DNA from: Pseudolabrys sp.
GTDB taxonomy: Bacteria; Pseudomonadota; Alphaproteobacteria; Rhizobiales; Xanthobacteraceae
Assembly (NCBI GenBank): GCA_036494425.1
Contig: DASXOK010000028.1
Coordinates: 1 to 59,418, forward strand
Direction of reading: 5' to 3'
Length of the DNA stretch: 59,418 bases
Shown: positions 8,194 to 18,329 of the stretch, piece by piece
How the letters are laid out: each line of letters opens with the position of its first letter
How positions within the stretch are numbered: position 1 is the stretch's first letter
Notes under the pieces: generated by a model
Told to the model about the DNA's origin: nothing
Seen by the model: only the letters and a program-made list of their open reading frames with translations
Databases searched by the model: none
Translations under genes and position numbers: made by a program

Positions 8194-8964
8194 ATGCAGG
8201 ACCCGATCATCCGCTTCGATCACGTTCGGCTTCGGTTCGGGGCCGAAACGATTTTTCAGGATCTCTCGCTCTCGATCGGGCGCGGCGAATTCGTCTGCAT
8301 TCTCGGCCCGAGCGGTTGCGGCAAATCGACCGCGCTGCGCTTGATCGGCGATCTCCTGCGGCCCGACTGCGGCTCGATCACCGTGGAAGGCCGCGATCCC
8401 CGCGAGACTTGGGAGGGCCTCGCCTTCGTATTCCAGTCGCCGCGACTCGCGCCCTGGCGTAGCGCGCTCGACAACGTATTGCTCGGCATGGAACTGCGCG
8501 ACGGTCGCCTCGACCGCGAGCAGATGCGCAGGCGTGCGATCGAAGCGCTCGATCTGGTCGGGCTGAACAATGACGGCGATAAATATCCGCGGATGCTCTC
8601 CGGCGGCGAGAAGCAGCGCGTTGCTCTGGCGCGGGCGCTCGCGGTCGAACCACAGATCATCCTGATGGACGAGCCGTTTTCCGCGCTCGATCCGAATACG
8701 CGGCAGCGGCTGCGCGCGGAGCTCGTGTCCATCTGGCGGAAGACCGGCAAGACCATCGTCTTCGTCACGCACGACGTGGACGAGGCGCTGGTGCTGGCCG
8801 ACCGCATCCTGCTGCTGTCGAAAAAGCCGACGCGCGTCATCGAGACGTTCACGCTCGACACGCCGCGGCCGCGGTCCCTTGACGCCGATGCCTGTCTGAC
8901 GCGCCGCCGGCGGGAGCTCATGGCGCTGTTCGCGAAGCTCGAACCGGAAGGCGCCGATGCCTAG
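8194..8964 (+). CDS. NitT/TauT (SsuB/TauB-like) ABC transporter ATP-binding protein
   Basis: GPSGCGKST, LSGGEKQR, LMDEPFSALD, VTHD. Confidence 0.93.
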   Translation: MQDPIIRFDHVRLRFGAETIFQDLSLSIGRGEFVCILGPSGCGKSTALRLIGDLLRPDCGSITVEGRDPRETWEGLAFVFQSPRLAPWRSALDNVLLGMELRDGRLDREQMRRRAIEALDLVGLNNDGDKYPRMLSGGEKQRVALARALAVEPQIILMDEPFSALDPNTRQRLRAELVSIWRKTGKTIVFVTHDVDEALVLADRILLLSKKPTRVIETFTLDTPRPRSLDADACLTRRRRELMALFAKLEPEGADA

Positions 8965-9724
8965 CCTGTCGCTCAATGCCAAGCGCAAGCTCCTCGCGAA
9001 CCTGTTCGTGCTGGCCGTCCTCGGCGCCTGGGCTCTCGCCTCGCTGCGCCTGCCCGGCTACCTATTGCCGAACCCTTGGACGGTGCTGCGACAAACGATC
9101 GATTTCGTCACCACGGGCAAGCTGGCGGTGCACATTTTCGCGTCCGTCTTCCATGTTGCCGCCGCGCTGATCCTCGGCTTCCTCGCCGGCACGGCGATCG
9201 CGGTGACCGGCCATTATCTCAAAGTCACGCAGGTGCTCATCAGCCGGCTCGCGAGCTTCCTCAACTCGTTTTCCAGCATCGGCTGGGCACTCCTGGCGAT
9301 CCTCTGGTTTGGCCTCAACGACCTGTCCGTCATCCTCGTTATCGGCATCATCATCCTGCCGGTCTTCATCATCAACATGCAGGCGGCACTCGACCAGGTC
9401 GACCGCGAGCTCGTCGAGATGGCGCGCAGCTATAGCCGCCGCTGGTGGCGCGGTTTCGTGCTGATCGTGCTGCCGTCGCTCTACCCCTTCATGTTGGCGA
9501 GCGTGCGGCTCGCCTTCGGGATCGCCTGGAAGGTGGCGCTCACGGCCGAATTATTCGGCGGCAATTCAGGCTTCGGCTTCATCATCAACCTGGCACGCCA
9601 GAGCATCAACACGCCGCAGATTTTCGCCGTGATCGCGATCATGATCGTGATCTCCTATCTCACCGATCATCTCATCTTCGCGCCGTTCCAGCGGCGTCTG
9701 ACGAAGCATTACGCCGATGTCTGA
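8957..9724 (+). CDS. NitT/TauT ABC transporter permease
   Basis: Hydrophobic helices, LLAILWFG, ELVEMARS EAA-like loop, WKVALTAELFG. Confidence 0.9.
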   Translation: MPSLSLNAKRKLLANLFVLAVLGAWALASLRLPGYLLPNPWTVLRQTIDFVTTGKLAVHIFASVFHVAAALILGFLAGTAIAVTGHYLKVTQVLISRLASFLNSFSSIGWALLAILWFGLNDLSVILVIGIIILPVFIINMQAALDQVDRELVEMARSYSRRWWRGFVLIVLPSLYPFMLASVRLAFGIAWKVALTAELFGGNSGFGFIINLARQSINTPQIFAVIAIMIVISYLTDHLIFAPFQRRLTKHYADV

Positions 9725-10574
9725 CCTCGCACTCGATCGGTTGTGGGGCTCATTGCGCGGCCGCGCGCTCAGCCAAAGCTTGCTGGCACGGCTGTTTGCC
9801 GACGCGGCGGTGATCGTCGTCGTGCTGCTATGGTGGCTTGCCTCGCGCCAATTGCCCGATTTCGTTCTGCCGGGCCCCTGGGCGACCGCGAAGGCTTTCG
9901 GCCGCTTCTTCATCGATCCCAGCATGACGTCCGCCGTGGTGGCAACCACCGGGCGCGTGGTCATTTCCGTCGTCGCCGCGACCGTGATCGGCATTGGCCT
10001 GGCCATGCTGCCTTATTACCTGCCGAGCGCCCGCGATATCGTGCGGGCGCGTATTCTGCGCCTGCTCAACGCCATGCCGTCGCTCGGCTGGGCGCTGCTC
10101 GCCGTGATCTGGTTCGGGGTGAGCGATGTGTCGGTCGTTTTCGCCCAGACCGCGATCCTGGTGCCGTTCTGTTTCTTCAATGTCAGCCAGGGCATTGACG
10201 AGATCGACGCCGAGCTCCTGGAGATGGCGCGCAGCTTCACGCGCACCCGTGTCCTCGTCTTCCGCAAGGTCATCATCCCGGCGGTGGCGCCCTATGTGAT
10301 TGCCGCGGCGCGGCTTGCCTATGGCGTGAGCTGGAAGATCGCCTTGATCGCCGAACTGTTCGGTTCGGAATCCGGGCTAGGCTACGTCATGTATCAGGCG
10401 CAGACCGTCACCGATCCCGCCACGGTCATCGCCACCTGCCTGATGATCGTCATGCTCTTCATCCTCGGCGATACGCTGATCTTGCGCCCGCTCTATCGGC
10501 TTGCCTCGCCGCAAGATCGTAATGGCACCCGCGACCGCTCCGGCGACACGACAGGACCCCGGCAATGGATTTGA
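9717..10574 (+). CDS. NitT/TauT ABC transporter permease (second subunit)
   Basis: LLAVIWFG, ELLEMARSF, WKIALIAELFG; overlaps the previous permease. Confidence 0.9.
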   Translation: MSDLALDRLWGSLRGRALSQSLLARLFADAAVIVVVLLWWLASRQLPDFVLPGPWATAKAFGRFFIDPSMTSAVVATTGRVVISVVAATVIGIGLAMLPYYLPSARDIVRARILRLLNAMPSLGWALLAVIWFGVSDVSVVFAQTAILVPFCFFNVSQGIDEIDAELLEMARSFTRTRVLVFRKVIIPAVAPYVIAAARLAYGVSWKIALIAELFGSESGLGYVMYQAQTVTDPATVIATCLMIVMLFILGDTLILRPLYRLASPQDRNGTRDRSGDTTGPRQWI

Positions 10575-11347
10575 ACCTGCGCGGCCAATCGGTCCTCATC
10601 ACCGGCGCCTCGCGCGGCATCGGCCGGGCCATCGCCGAGGTGATGGCGGAGGAGGGCTGCACGCTGCATCTCGCCGCTCGCGACGAAGCGCTGCTGGGTT
10701 CGGTGTGTGCTGAATTGTCGGCCAAATACAAGGTCGACGCGCATGCGCATCCGCACGATCTCTCGATCACCGACGAGATTGTGAAGCTCGGCGCCGCATG
10801 CATCGATGTCGATATCCTGGTCAACAATGCCGGCGCCATTCCGCGCGGGCCCCTGTCCGAGATCGACGGTAAGACGTGGCGCAAGGCCTGGGACCTTAAA
10901 GTCTTCGGCTTTATCGATCTTACCCGTGTCATCTTCGCGCGCATGTGCGAGCGTCGGCGCGGCACCATCGTGAATGTGATCGGCATGGCCGGCGAGCGGC
11001 CGGACTGGAAATACATCGCCGGCAGCGCCGGGAACGCCGCGCTCAATTCATTTACCCTCAGCCTCGGCGGGGAAAGCGTGCGCTACGGCGTGCGCGTGAA
11101 TTGCGTCAACCCGGGCCCCATCATGTCGGACCGTTTCAGGGAAGGCATCCTGCGCCGCGCGCGGCTGACTTTCAACGACGAGAGCCGTTGGCCCGAACTG
11201 CTTGCCGATCTGCCGATCAAACGCGCGGGTACTCCCAGGGAAGTGGCGGATGCCGTCGCATTCCTCGCCTCCGATCGCGCGTCCTATATCAGCGGGGCCG
11301 CGCTCCGCATCGACGCAGGATTGAAGCACAGAAGTCCTGATCTATAG
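10565..11347 (+). CDS. Short-chain dehydrogenase/reductase (atypical)
   Basis: TGASRGIG, VNNAG, VNPGP; YxxxK replaced by YIAGSAGNAAL. Confidence 0.9.
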   Translation: MDLNLRGQSVLITGASRGIGRAIAEVMAEEGCTLHLAARDEALLGSVCAELSAKYKVDAHAHPHDLSITDEIVKLGAACIDVDILVNNAGAIPRGPLSEIDGKTWRKAWDLKVFGFIDLTRVIFARMCERRRGTIVNVIGMAGERPDWKYIAGSAGNAALNSFTLSLGGESVRYGVRVNCVNPGPIMSDRFREGILRRARLTFNDESRWPELLADLPIKRAGTPREVADAVAFLASDRASYISGAALRIDAGLKHRSPDL

Positions 11348-11384
11348 GTCACCGGTCAGCGAAGGGGCGATTGCCGTGTGCGCC

Positions 11385-12182
11385 ATGCAGACGAGAGAAG
11401 CGGTCGAACGTGTCACCACCAGCGCCGTGATTCGCCGGCGCGGGAAGGACGTCATCAAGTCGGCGGGTCGCTCGCTCGAGGTGCTGGAGCTGTTCCGCGA
11501 CGCACAGCAGCCGCTGCGCCTGACCGATATCGCCTCCGCGCTGTCCCTGCCGCAGTCGAGCGCATCCATGTTGATCCGCTCGCTCATCAGCATGGGCTAT
11601 TTGATCCGCCACGGCCGCAACTATGCGCCGTCGATGCGGATCACGCTGCTTGGCAGCTGGCTCAACGATGCCATGTTCAGCCAGGGCAACCTGATGAGCC
11701 TGATCGCTGAAGTGAGCCATCTGACCGGCGACACCGTCATTCTGGCTACACGCAACGGCCTCTACGTCGAGGTGCTCGGTGTCGTTCCGGGACGGATGGA
11801 TACGATCCACCATACCCGGCCGGGCGAAGGTCGCGTGCTCACGCGCGCACTCATGGGCCACATGATCCTGAGCGCCATGAACCGCATCGAGGCCGAAGGC
11901 CTGGTGATGCGCATCAATGCCGAGCAGAAACGCTCGGAGCGGCGCGTCAAATATCAGACTCTTATTCCGATCCTCGACCGCATCCGGCAAAACGGCTACG
12001 GCTACACCGAGGGGACGGTCCCGGGTGGCGCGAATATGGCGGTGTTGCTGCCGCAAGGTCCTTTCGGCGACCGGCTGGTGTTGGGTAATGCCGGCGCCAC
12101 CGAGCGCATCAAGCCGCGCCTCGACGAAATCCTCACCCTCGTCAACGCGACGCTCAAGAAATACTTCCGCGACGTCCGCTGA
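11385..12182 (+). CDS. IclR family transcriptional regulator
   Basis: IKSAGRSLEVLELF...LTDIASALSLPQSSASMLIRSL wHTH; C-terminal effector domain IRQNGYGY. Confidence 0.88.
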   Translation: MQTREAVERVTTSAVIRRRGKDVIKSAGRSLEVLELFRDAQQPLRLTDIASALSLPQSSASMLIRSLISMGYLIRHGRNYAPSMRITLLGSWLNDAMFSQGNLMSLIAEVSHLTGDTVILATRNGLYVEVLGVVPGRMDTIHHTRPGEGRVLTRALMGHMILSAMNRIEAEGLVMRINAEQKRSERRVKYQTLIPILDRIRQNGYGYTEGTVPGGANMAVLLPQGPFGDRLVLGNAGATERIKPRLDEILTLVNATLKKYFRDVR

Positions 12183-12191
12183 GCCAGGCCG

Positions 12192-13178
12192 TTACTCGCG
12201 CAGGGCTTTGTCCCAAATGGCTTGCTTGAGATTTGGCGGCTTCGACGACAGGCCGAGTTCCATTGCCTTCGCGAAGACAGTCTCGATCGCCTTGATGTCG
12301 CCCTGCGAGATCGTGGTGGGAAAGGTTCCGTAATTGGCCCACCAGTCGACGAAGAATTCCTTCGGCACTTTGGTCTCCGCGGCGACTGCGGTGAAGACCT
12401 CGTCGTGATGCGCCAGCGTATAGTCGGTCGAGGCCTTCAGCATGCGCAGCAGTTCGCGATAGGAAGCAGGCTTCTCGGCCAGCCGCTCCGGATAGGCGAC
12501 GAAAATCGAGGTGACCATCGGGAATCCGTATATCTCCTTCAGGTCCTGGCCGCTGTCCACCAGGATGCGGAAGTCCTTGCCGTTGCGCGCCTGATAGCTT
12601 TGCAGATGGCTGAAGGTCGCGGCCTCGATCCGGTCCGTCGACAGCGCGCCGGGTAGGTTGGGCGCGGGAAGCTGGACGAACTTGAACTCCCCGTTCTCGA
12701 GCGCGACGTTGACGTGATATTTGTCCATGAGCGCCATGCGCTGAATGGCGAAGACCGTCGATTTGAAGCCGTAGCTGCCGACCGTCTTGCCTTTCAGGTC
12801 CACGATCGTCTTGTACGGCGCATCCGCCTTCACCCAGATGCCGAACCCCACCGGCGCCAGCTTGTAGCGCAGGGCAGTGCCGACCATTTTGATGTCCAGC
12901 CCTTGTGCCGCGGCGTCCTCGAGACTGAGCGCACCGACTTCGAACACGTCGAACTGCTTCGTCGCCATCGCCTGGCCGCCGACACCGATCGCCAGGTTCT
13001 TGACCTCGACGTCCAGCGTATCCGAGGGGATCTTGCCGTTCATCAGTGGCCAGAAGGCCGAAAGATGGGCCGGCTCGAGATAGGTCGCGACCGTGAGCTT
13101 GTCCTTGGCGATCGCCTGCGCCGGCAGACCCACCGTCGAGAGCACAACGGCAAGGAACGCGACGAAGCCCAACCTCAT
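12192..13178 (-). CDS. NMT1/SsuA-like ABC substrate-binding protein
   Basis: Sec signal peptide; IVDLKGKTVG motif; near a NitT/TauT transporter that has no SBP of its own. Confidence 0.82.
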   Translation of the reverse strand: MRLGFVAFLAVVLSTVGLPAQAIAKDKLTVATYLEPAHLSAFWPLMNGKIPSDTLDVEVKNLAIGVGGQAMATKQFDVFEVGALSLEDAAAQGLDIKMVGTALRYKLAPVGFGIWVKADAPYKTIVDLKGKTVGSYGFKSTVFAIQRMALMDKYHVNVALENGEFKFVQLPAPNLPGALSTDRIEAATFSHLQSYQARNGKDFRILVDSGQDLKEIYGFPMVTSIFVAYPERLAEKPASYRELLRMLKASTDYTLAHHDEVFTAVAAETKVPKEFFVDWWANYGTFPTTISQGDIKAIETVFAKAMELGLSSKPPNLKQAIWDKALRE

Positions 13179-13372
13179 GGCGGTCCTCTTACGGCTCGAT
13201 TATGGACGTCGGCAGTGTTCTCTTTGGCCTTATGGGCCGGTATCCCAGTGTGCCGCCACGCACAGGTCCGCTCGGCGGTAGGTCCAGCCGACCGAGCGGG
13301 TTGCAGCGGCACGCTTTCACTACACAACCAAGAATAGTGCGGCGGCACCGGCCGTCAATGGAGCGCGCGCCG

Positions 13373-14887
13373 TTATTCGCCGGTGCGGTAGAAGGCCGCG
13401 GCGTCGTTGCTCAGCGCATGTCGCGACTGCGGATCGAGATAGACCATATGTCCGCCGCGGTAGAGCTTGAGCTGCGTCCGCCCCGGCGGATCGTTCGGCG
13501 GCAGATGATCGAGCACATAGCGCGACATCGCGTAGGGCGTGACCAGGTCCGAGTAGCCGTGTGCGACGAGGAGCCTGAACGACTTGTTGAACGACAGCAG
13601 CACGCGCAGGTCGCTGTCGATGCCCGCCTGTCCACGACCGCCGTTCCAATCCCAGTTGCCGGCAATATCGTTGGCGAGCAGCGTGTAAGTCATCTCGGTC
13701 TTGAAGCCGAGCTCGTTGCGCGCGTAGGAGGCGAAGGCGCCGCCATAGGCGCGCGAGACGCCGTCGAGGATCGGATCGGAGCCGCGCGGGCTGCGCTGCT
13801 CGGGGAATGGATCGTCGACCGCGAAGGTCGCGTCGTAGCGGCTGACGATCTTACCTTCGCGCAGGCGCTTGACGAAAGCGTCGGTGACGAAGCCGTTCTC
13901 GTGGCGCACCGCATCGACGGGCAATCCGCTCACCTGCGCCACACGCTCGTAGAAGGCGCGCGCCGCGTCGCCTTGCGGCGCCGGGCCTGCAAGCGTGGAG
14001 AGATAATCGGTCATGGCGAATTTCTCAGCCGCCGCCAGCGCCTCCGGTGTCAACGCGTTCTTGCGTTCGAGCTCGGCCGCCGCGAGCGACGGCAGTTCGA
14101 GCGCCGCGCGCAACGCGGACTGGTCGTCGCCGAAGGTCAGCCAGCCTTCCATCAGCGGTGACAGCATTACGATGCCGGATACGACGATGCCCTGGTCGCG
14201 CTGCAGCGCACGCGCCGTCTTGGCGGCACGGAAGCCGCCATAGCTTTCACCCATCAGATATTTCGGAGAGCCGTCGCGGTTGTTCTTCGCGACATAGAGA
14301 GAGATCGCCTTGGCCATTGCATCGGCGTCGGCACGGACACTCCAGAAGCCCTTGGCGGCGTCTGCCTTTGCCGTCCGGCTCCAGCCGGTGCCGATCGGAT
14401 CGATGATCACCAAGTCGGTGAACGAGAGCCACGTGTCCGGATTGTCGCGCAGTTGCGCCTGCGCGGCATTGCGCGGATCGGAGCCGATATCGAGGATGCG
14501 CGGGCCGACCAGACCGAGATGCAGATAGGCTGAGGCGGCGCCGGGGCCGCCATTAAAGACGAAGGTCAGTGGCCGGTTCGGCGCCTGATCCTTTGCGACA
14601 TAAGCCGTGTAGAAGACAGAGGCGCTCTGTTCGCCGGATTGGTCGAAGAAGGCGAGCGTGCCGGCGGTCGCCGTATAGGCGAGCTTGCCTTTCGGTGTAT
14701 CGATGCTGTGCTCGGTGACGCTGTCGCCCGGCAGCAGGCGAAGGATGCCGGGTCCGGCCTGCTGGTGCTGTTCAGGACGCGGCCCACGTTCGCCGCCGCC
14801 CCTCTCCTGGGCGGTCGCGCAAACGGAAGCGCCGGCGATCAAGATCGCCAGCGCCAAACGCGGAATGGATGTGAGCTTCATTGGCAC
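13373..14887 (-). CDS. Serine carboxypeptidase, peptidase S10 family
   Basis: Signal peptide; FNGGPGAAS, IDPIGTGWS, GESYGG, GGHMVY. Confidence 0.92.
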   Translation of the reverse strand: MPMKLTSIPRLALAILIAGASVCATAQERGGGERGPRPEQHQQAGPGILRLLPGDSVTEHSIDTPKGKLAYTATAGTLAFFDQSGEQSASVFYTAYVAKDQAPNRPLTFVFNGGPGAASAYLHLGLVGPRILDIGSDPRNAAQAQLRDNPDTWLSFTDLVIIDPIGTGWSRTAKADAAKGFWSVRADADAMAKAISLYVAKNNRDGSPKYLMGESYGGFRAAKTARALQRDQGIVVSGIVMLSPLMEGWLTFGDDQSALRAALELPSLAAAELERKNALTPEALAAAEKFAMTDYLSTLAGPAPQGDAARAFYERVAQVSGLPVDAVRHENGFVTDAFVKRLREGKIVSRYDATFAVDDPFPEQRSPRGSDPILDGVSRAYGGAFASYARNELGFKTEMTYTLLANDIAGNWDWNGGRGQAGIDSDLRVLLSFNKSFRLLVAHGYSDLVTPYAMSRYVLDHLPPNDPPGRTQLKLYRGGHMVYLDPQSRHALSNDAAAFYRTGE

Positions 14888-14966
14888 GCCCGGCCTCCAG
14901 TCTGAGTGGATATGCGTGCCCCCGAACGCCAGACAAGGTCCCGGCCAGCCCGGCCGGGATATTGCG

Positions 14967-15242
14967 TCAGCGCCGGCCGCGGAAATTCGGCCGCCGCTGC
15001 TGAGGAGCGGGCGACGGAGCGTCGCCCTTGTGGCGGAAGCTGATGCGCCCGCGCGCCAGGTCGTAAGGCGACATTTCCACGATCACGCGGTCGCCGACGC
15101 CTGTACGGATGCGGAATTTACGCATCTTGCCGGCCGTGTAAGCCAGCACTTCGTGCTCGTTATCGAGCTTCACGCGGAAATTCCCGTCCGGCAGGACCTC
15201 GGTCACCGTACCGTCGAATTCCAGCAGTTCTTCCTTCGCCAT
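14967..15242 (-). CDS. infA: Translation initiation factor IF-1
   Basis: [57 protein letters not shown]. Confidence 0.97.
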   Translation of the reverse strand: MAKEELLEFDGTVTEVLPDGNFRVKLDNEHEVLAYTAGKMRKFRIRTGVGDRVIVEMSPYDLARGRISFRHKGDAPSPAPQQRRPNFRGRR

Positions 15243-15262
15243 CCACTCGTCTCCCGGTCGCG

Positions 15263-16675
15263 TTAGCGCGGCGCGCGGTGGCCGGCGTTACGACGCGGCT
15301 CGCCCGAGCGCTGCATGAATGTAACATTTCCCATGCCGGTTGGCTCCCCTTGCGCGGTGGCTTCCGGCCGGGCGCCTTGGGGACGGCCCGCGTGGTGGCC
15401 GTTGCGGTTCTGGCGGCCTTGATGCCCGTTGCCGCCGCCCTTGCCCTTGTGTCCGCGCTGCTGTTGGTTGCCGCGATTGTGCGGGCGCCCGTTCTGGCGG
15501 TGCGCGGCGTGGTGACCTTCGGCCGGCTCGGGCCGCGGCCGCTCGCCGGTCCGGCGGTCGGTCGAGGGGATCGACATGCGGATCAGCCGCTCGATGTCGC
15601 GCAGGTAGCCGCGCTCTTCATGGTCGCAGAACGAGATCGCCACGCCCTCCGCGCCGGCGCGCGCCGTGCGGCCGATGCGGTGGACGTAGCTCTCCGGCAC
15701 GTTCGGCAGATCATAGTTGAACACATGGCTGACGCCGTCCACGTCGATGCCGCGCGCGGCAATGTCGGTCGCGACCAGCGTACGCAGCTTGCCGCTGCGG
15801 AAGTCGGCGAGCACGCGCTCGCGCTGGTTCTGCGACTTGTTGCCGTGGATCGCCTCGGCCGAGAAGCCGGACTTTTGCAGGCCGCGGACGACCTTGTCGG
15901 CGCCGTGCTTGGTGCGGGTAAAGACCAGCACGCGATCGGTCTGTTCGCTCTTGAGCAACTCGGCCAGCAGCGTCGCCTTGGTTGGCTTGTCGACGTGGAT
16001 GACGCGCTGCGCGATGCGCTCGACCGTGGTCGCCTGCGGCGTCACCGATACGCGCTCGGGATTGCGCAGCATGGAGTCGGCGAGGCGGGTGATTTCCTGC
16101 GGCATGGTGGCGGAGAAGAACAGCGTCTGCCGCTCTTTCGGCAGCATCGACACGATGCGCTTGATGTCGTGCACGAAGCCCATGTCGAGCATGCGGTCCG
16201 CTTCGTCGAGCACCAGCACTTCAACTTGTTGCAGGCTGAACGCGCGCTGGTTGATCAGGTCGAGCAGGCGGCCCGGCGTCGCCACCATCACCTCGACGCC
16301 GCGCGCGACCGCGCGGACTTGCCGGTTGATCGGCACGCCGCCGATGGCCAGCGCGATCTCGAGCGGACGGAAGTGACGGCCGTAGGTGCGGAAGCTCTCG
16401 GCGATCTGGCCGGACAGTTCACGCGTCGGCGACAGCACCAGCACGCGCGCCGACTTGCGCTCGGGGCGCAGGCGCTTGTTGATGAGGTGGTTCAGGATCG
16501 GCAGCGCGAAGGACGCGGTCTTGCCGGTGCCCGTCTGCGCAATGCCGATGACATCGCGGCCGGCGAGGGCGATCGGGATGGTCTGGGCCTGGATCGGGGT
16601 GGGGGTGACGTATTTCTCTTCGGCAAGGGCGCGAAGGATCGGCTCTGCGAGGCCGAAGTCGTTAAATGAAGTCAA
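15263..16675 (-). CDS. rhlE: ATP-dependent DEAD-box RNA helicase RhlE
   Basis: Q motif, [33 protein letters not shown]; TTG start; basic Gly/Arg/His tail. Confidence 0.93.
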   Translation of the reverse strand: MTSFNDFGLAEPILRALAEEKYVTPTPIQAQTIPIALAGRDVIGIAQTGTGKTASFALPILNHLINKRLRPERKSARVLVLSPTRELSGQIAESFRTYGRHFRPLEIALAIGGVPINRQVRAVARGVEVMVATPGRLLDLINQRAFSLQQVEVLVLDEADRMLDMGFVHDIKRIVSMLPKERQTLFFSATMPQEITRLADSMLRNPERVSVTPQATTVERIAQRVIHVDKPTKATLLAELLKSEQTDRVLVFTRTKHGADKVVRGLQKSGFSAEAIHGNKSQNQRERVLADFRSGKLRTLVATDIAARGIDVDGVSHVFNYDLPNVPESYVHRIGRTARAGAEGVAISFCDHEERGYLRDIERLIRMSIPSTDRRTGERPRPEPAEGHHAAHRQNGRPHNRGNQQQRGHKGKGGGNGHQGRQNRNGHHAGRPQGARPEATAQGEPTGMGNVTFMQRSGEPRRNAGHRAPR

Positions 16676-16887
16676 AAGGTATCTTTCTTATACGGCGAAG
16701 CGGCCGGACCACGGCTGCGGGCGGCGGAATCGCGGGGCTTTTTAAGACATCCCGCGTGGCCAGGGTTGTCGTCAGGTTGGAGAAACGGAAGAGGCGGGGC
16801 GAAAATCGTTTGCAGATAGTTCGTTTGCAAGAGTTTCGTGCACGCAGCCCGCAAACCCGAATCCCGGGTCCTTCATCCGCGCAGGTC

Positions 16888-16916
16888 ATATGACAGGTAC
16901 CGAGGGTCTTTTCAAG
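16888..16916 (-). promoter_or_regulatory. sigma70-type promoter for rhlE-infA
   Basis: Minus strand CTTGAA-N17-TCATAT resembles the rhizobial CTTGAC-N17-CTATAT consensus. Confidence 0.6.
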
Positions 16917-17129
16917 GCGCTACACGCTTCAACCGCGCCGAATGATGAATAAAATGGTTCCGTCTGGCACTAAATTCCCGCGCTGATCGGTATCCAGCGC
17001 CGCCTTCGTGGCTCCGCGCGACCGGTTGCAGGATGACAGTCTTGCGATGGACAAGGTCGGGCGGATCGGGGATTGTCTCAAGCCCAGTTTCGCGTTGGGG
17101 CAGAGTGTCAGCTAGCCGGAGCACTTGAA

Positions 17130-18323
17130 ATGCAATTCCCCAGGGCTTCCCAGGCCCTTTCCCGCTTCACCGTCCTCGATCTCACCCGCGTCCGTTCAGG
17201 TCCCACCGCAGTCCGCCAGCTCGCGGATTGGGGCGCCAATGTCATTAAGATTGAGACACCGCCACATCTGGAAAAGGGCGAGGGCCCGGGTGGTCCGCGC
17301 GAGAATGCGGACTTCCAGAACCTGCACCGCAACAAGCGCAGCATCACGCTCGACCTGAAGTCGCCTAAGGGTATCGCCGCCTTCAGGCGCATGGTCGTCA
17401 AGGCCGACGTGGTGGTCGAGAACTTCCGCCCCGACGTCAAAGCCCGCCTCGGCATCGACTACGAATCGCTCAAGGCGATCAACAAAGGCATCGTCCTCGG
17501 CAGCATCTCCGGCTTCGGCCAGGATGGGCCGTATCGCGAACGGCCCGGCTTCGACCAGATCGCACAAGGCATGGGCGGGCTGATGTCGATCACCGGCCTG
17601 CCCGGACAGGGTCCGGTACGCGTCGGCATCCCGATCGCGGACCTCTGCGCCGGCCTGTTCTGCGCCATGGGTATCCTCACCGCGCTGCTCGAACGCGACG
17701 TCTCCGGCGAGGGCCAATGGATCTCGACGTCGCTGTTGCAGGCGCAGATCTTCATGCTCGACTTCCAGGCCGCGCGCTGGCTGCAAATGCACGAGGTCGC
17801 CAAGCAGGCCGGCAACAATCACCCGACCAGCATCCCGACCGGCGTCTTCAAGACCAAAGATGGCCACATCAACATCGCCTCGACCGGCCAGGTAATGTGG
17901 GAACGGACCTGCAATGCCATCGGCGCGCCGGAGCTGATCAACGATCCCGACTACAAGACCGGCGCGCTGCGGTCGAAGAACCGCGATGCGGTCAATGCCG
18001 CGATCGAGGCCAAGACCGTCGGCAAGACCAGCGCCGAATGGATCGATCTCTTCAACAAGACCGGCGTGCCCTGCGGTCCGATCTATTCGATCGACCAGGT
18101 CTTTGCCGATCCGCAGGTCGAGAACCTGGGAATCGCGCAGACTGCCAAGCGTCCCGACGGCAGCGATCAGACCTTCGTCGGTCAGCCGATGTCCTTGTCG
18201 CGCACGCCGAGCAAGATCGTCGCCACGCCGCCGAATCAGGGCGAGCATACCGACGAGGTGCTGAAGGAATTCGGCTTCGCCGATAACGAAATCGCCGAGC
18301 TGCACAAAGTGCAGGCGGTGTAG
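17130..18323 (+). CDS. Family III (CaiB/BaiF) CoA-transferase
   Basis: DLTRVRSGP, HRNKRSITLDLK, ENFRP, SISGFGQDGP, IADL, GEHT. Confidence 0.93.
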   Translation: MQFPRASQALSRFTVLDLTRVRSGPTAVRQLADWGANVIKIETPPHLEKGEGPGGPRENADFQNLHRNKRSITLDLKSPKGIAAFRRMVVKADVVVENFRPDVKARLGIDYESLKAINKGIVLGSISGFGQDGPYRERPGFDQIAQGMGGLMSITGLPGQGPVRVGIPIADLCAGLFCAMGILTALLERDVSGEGQWISTSLLQAQIFMLDFQAARWLQMHEVAKQAGNNHPTSIPTGVFKTKDGHINIASTGQVMWERTCNAIGAPELINDPDYKTGALRSKNRDAVNAAIEAKTVGKTSAEWIDLFNKTGVPCGPIYSIDQVFADPQVENLGIAQTAKRPDGSDQTFVGQPMSLSRTPSKIVATPPNQGEHTDEVLKEFGFADNEIAELHKVQAV

Positions 18324-18329
18324 TGAGTC

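Noticed and set aside
15278-16669. 463-aa ORF antisense to rhlE (similar long ORFs at 23381-25003, 25670-27451, 27969-29753, 40281-41822, 46333-48672, 49888-51777, 51447-53255)
   Set aside because: Shadow ORFs expected in high-GC coding DNA; no recognisable motifs and they overlap well-supported genes on the opposite strand
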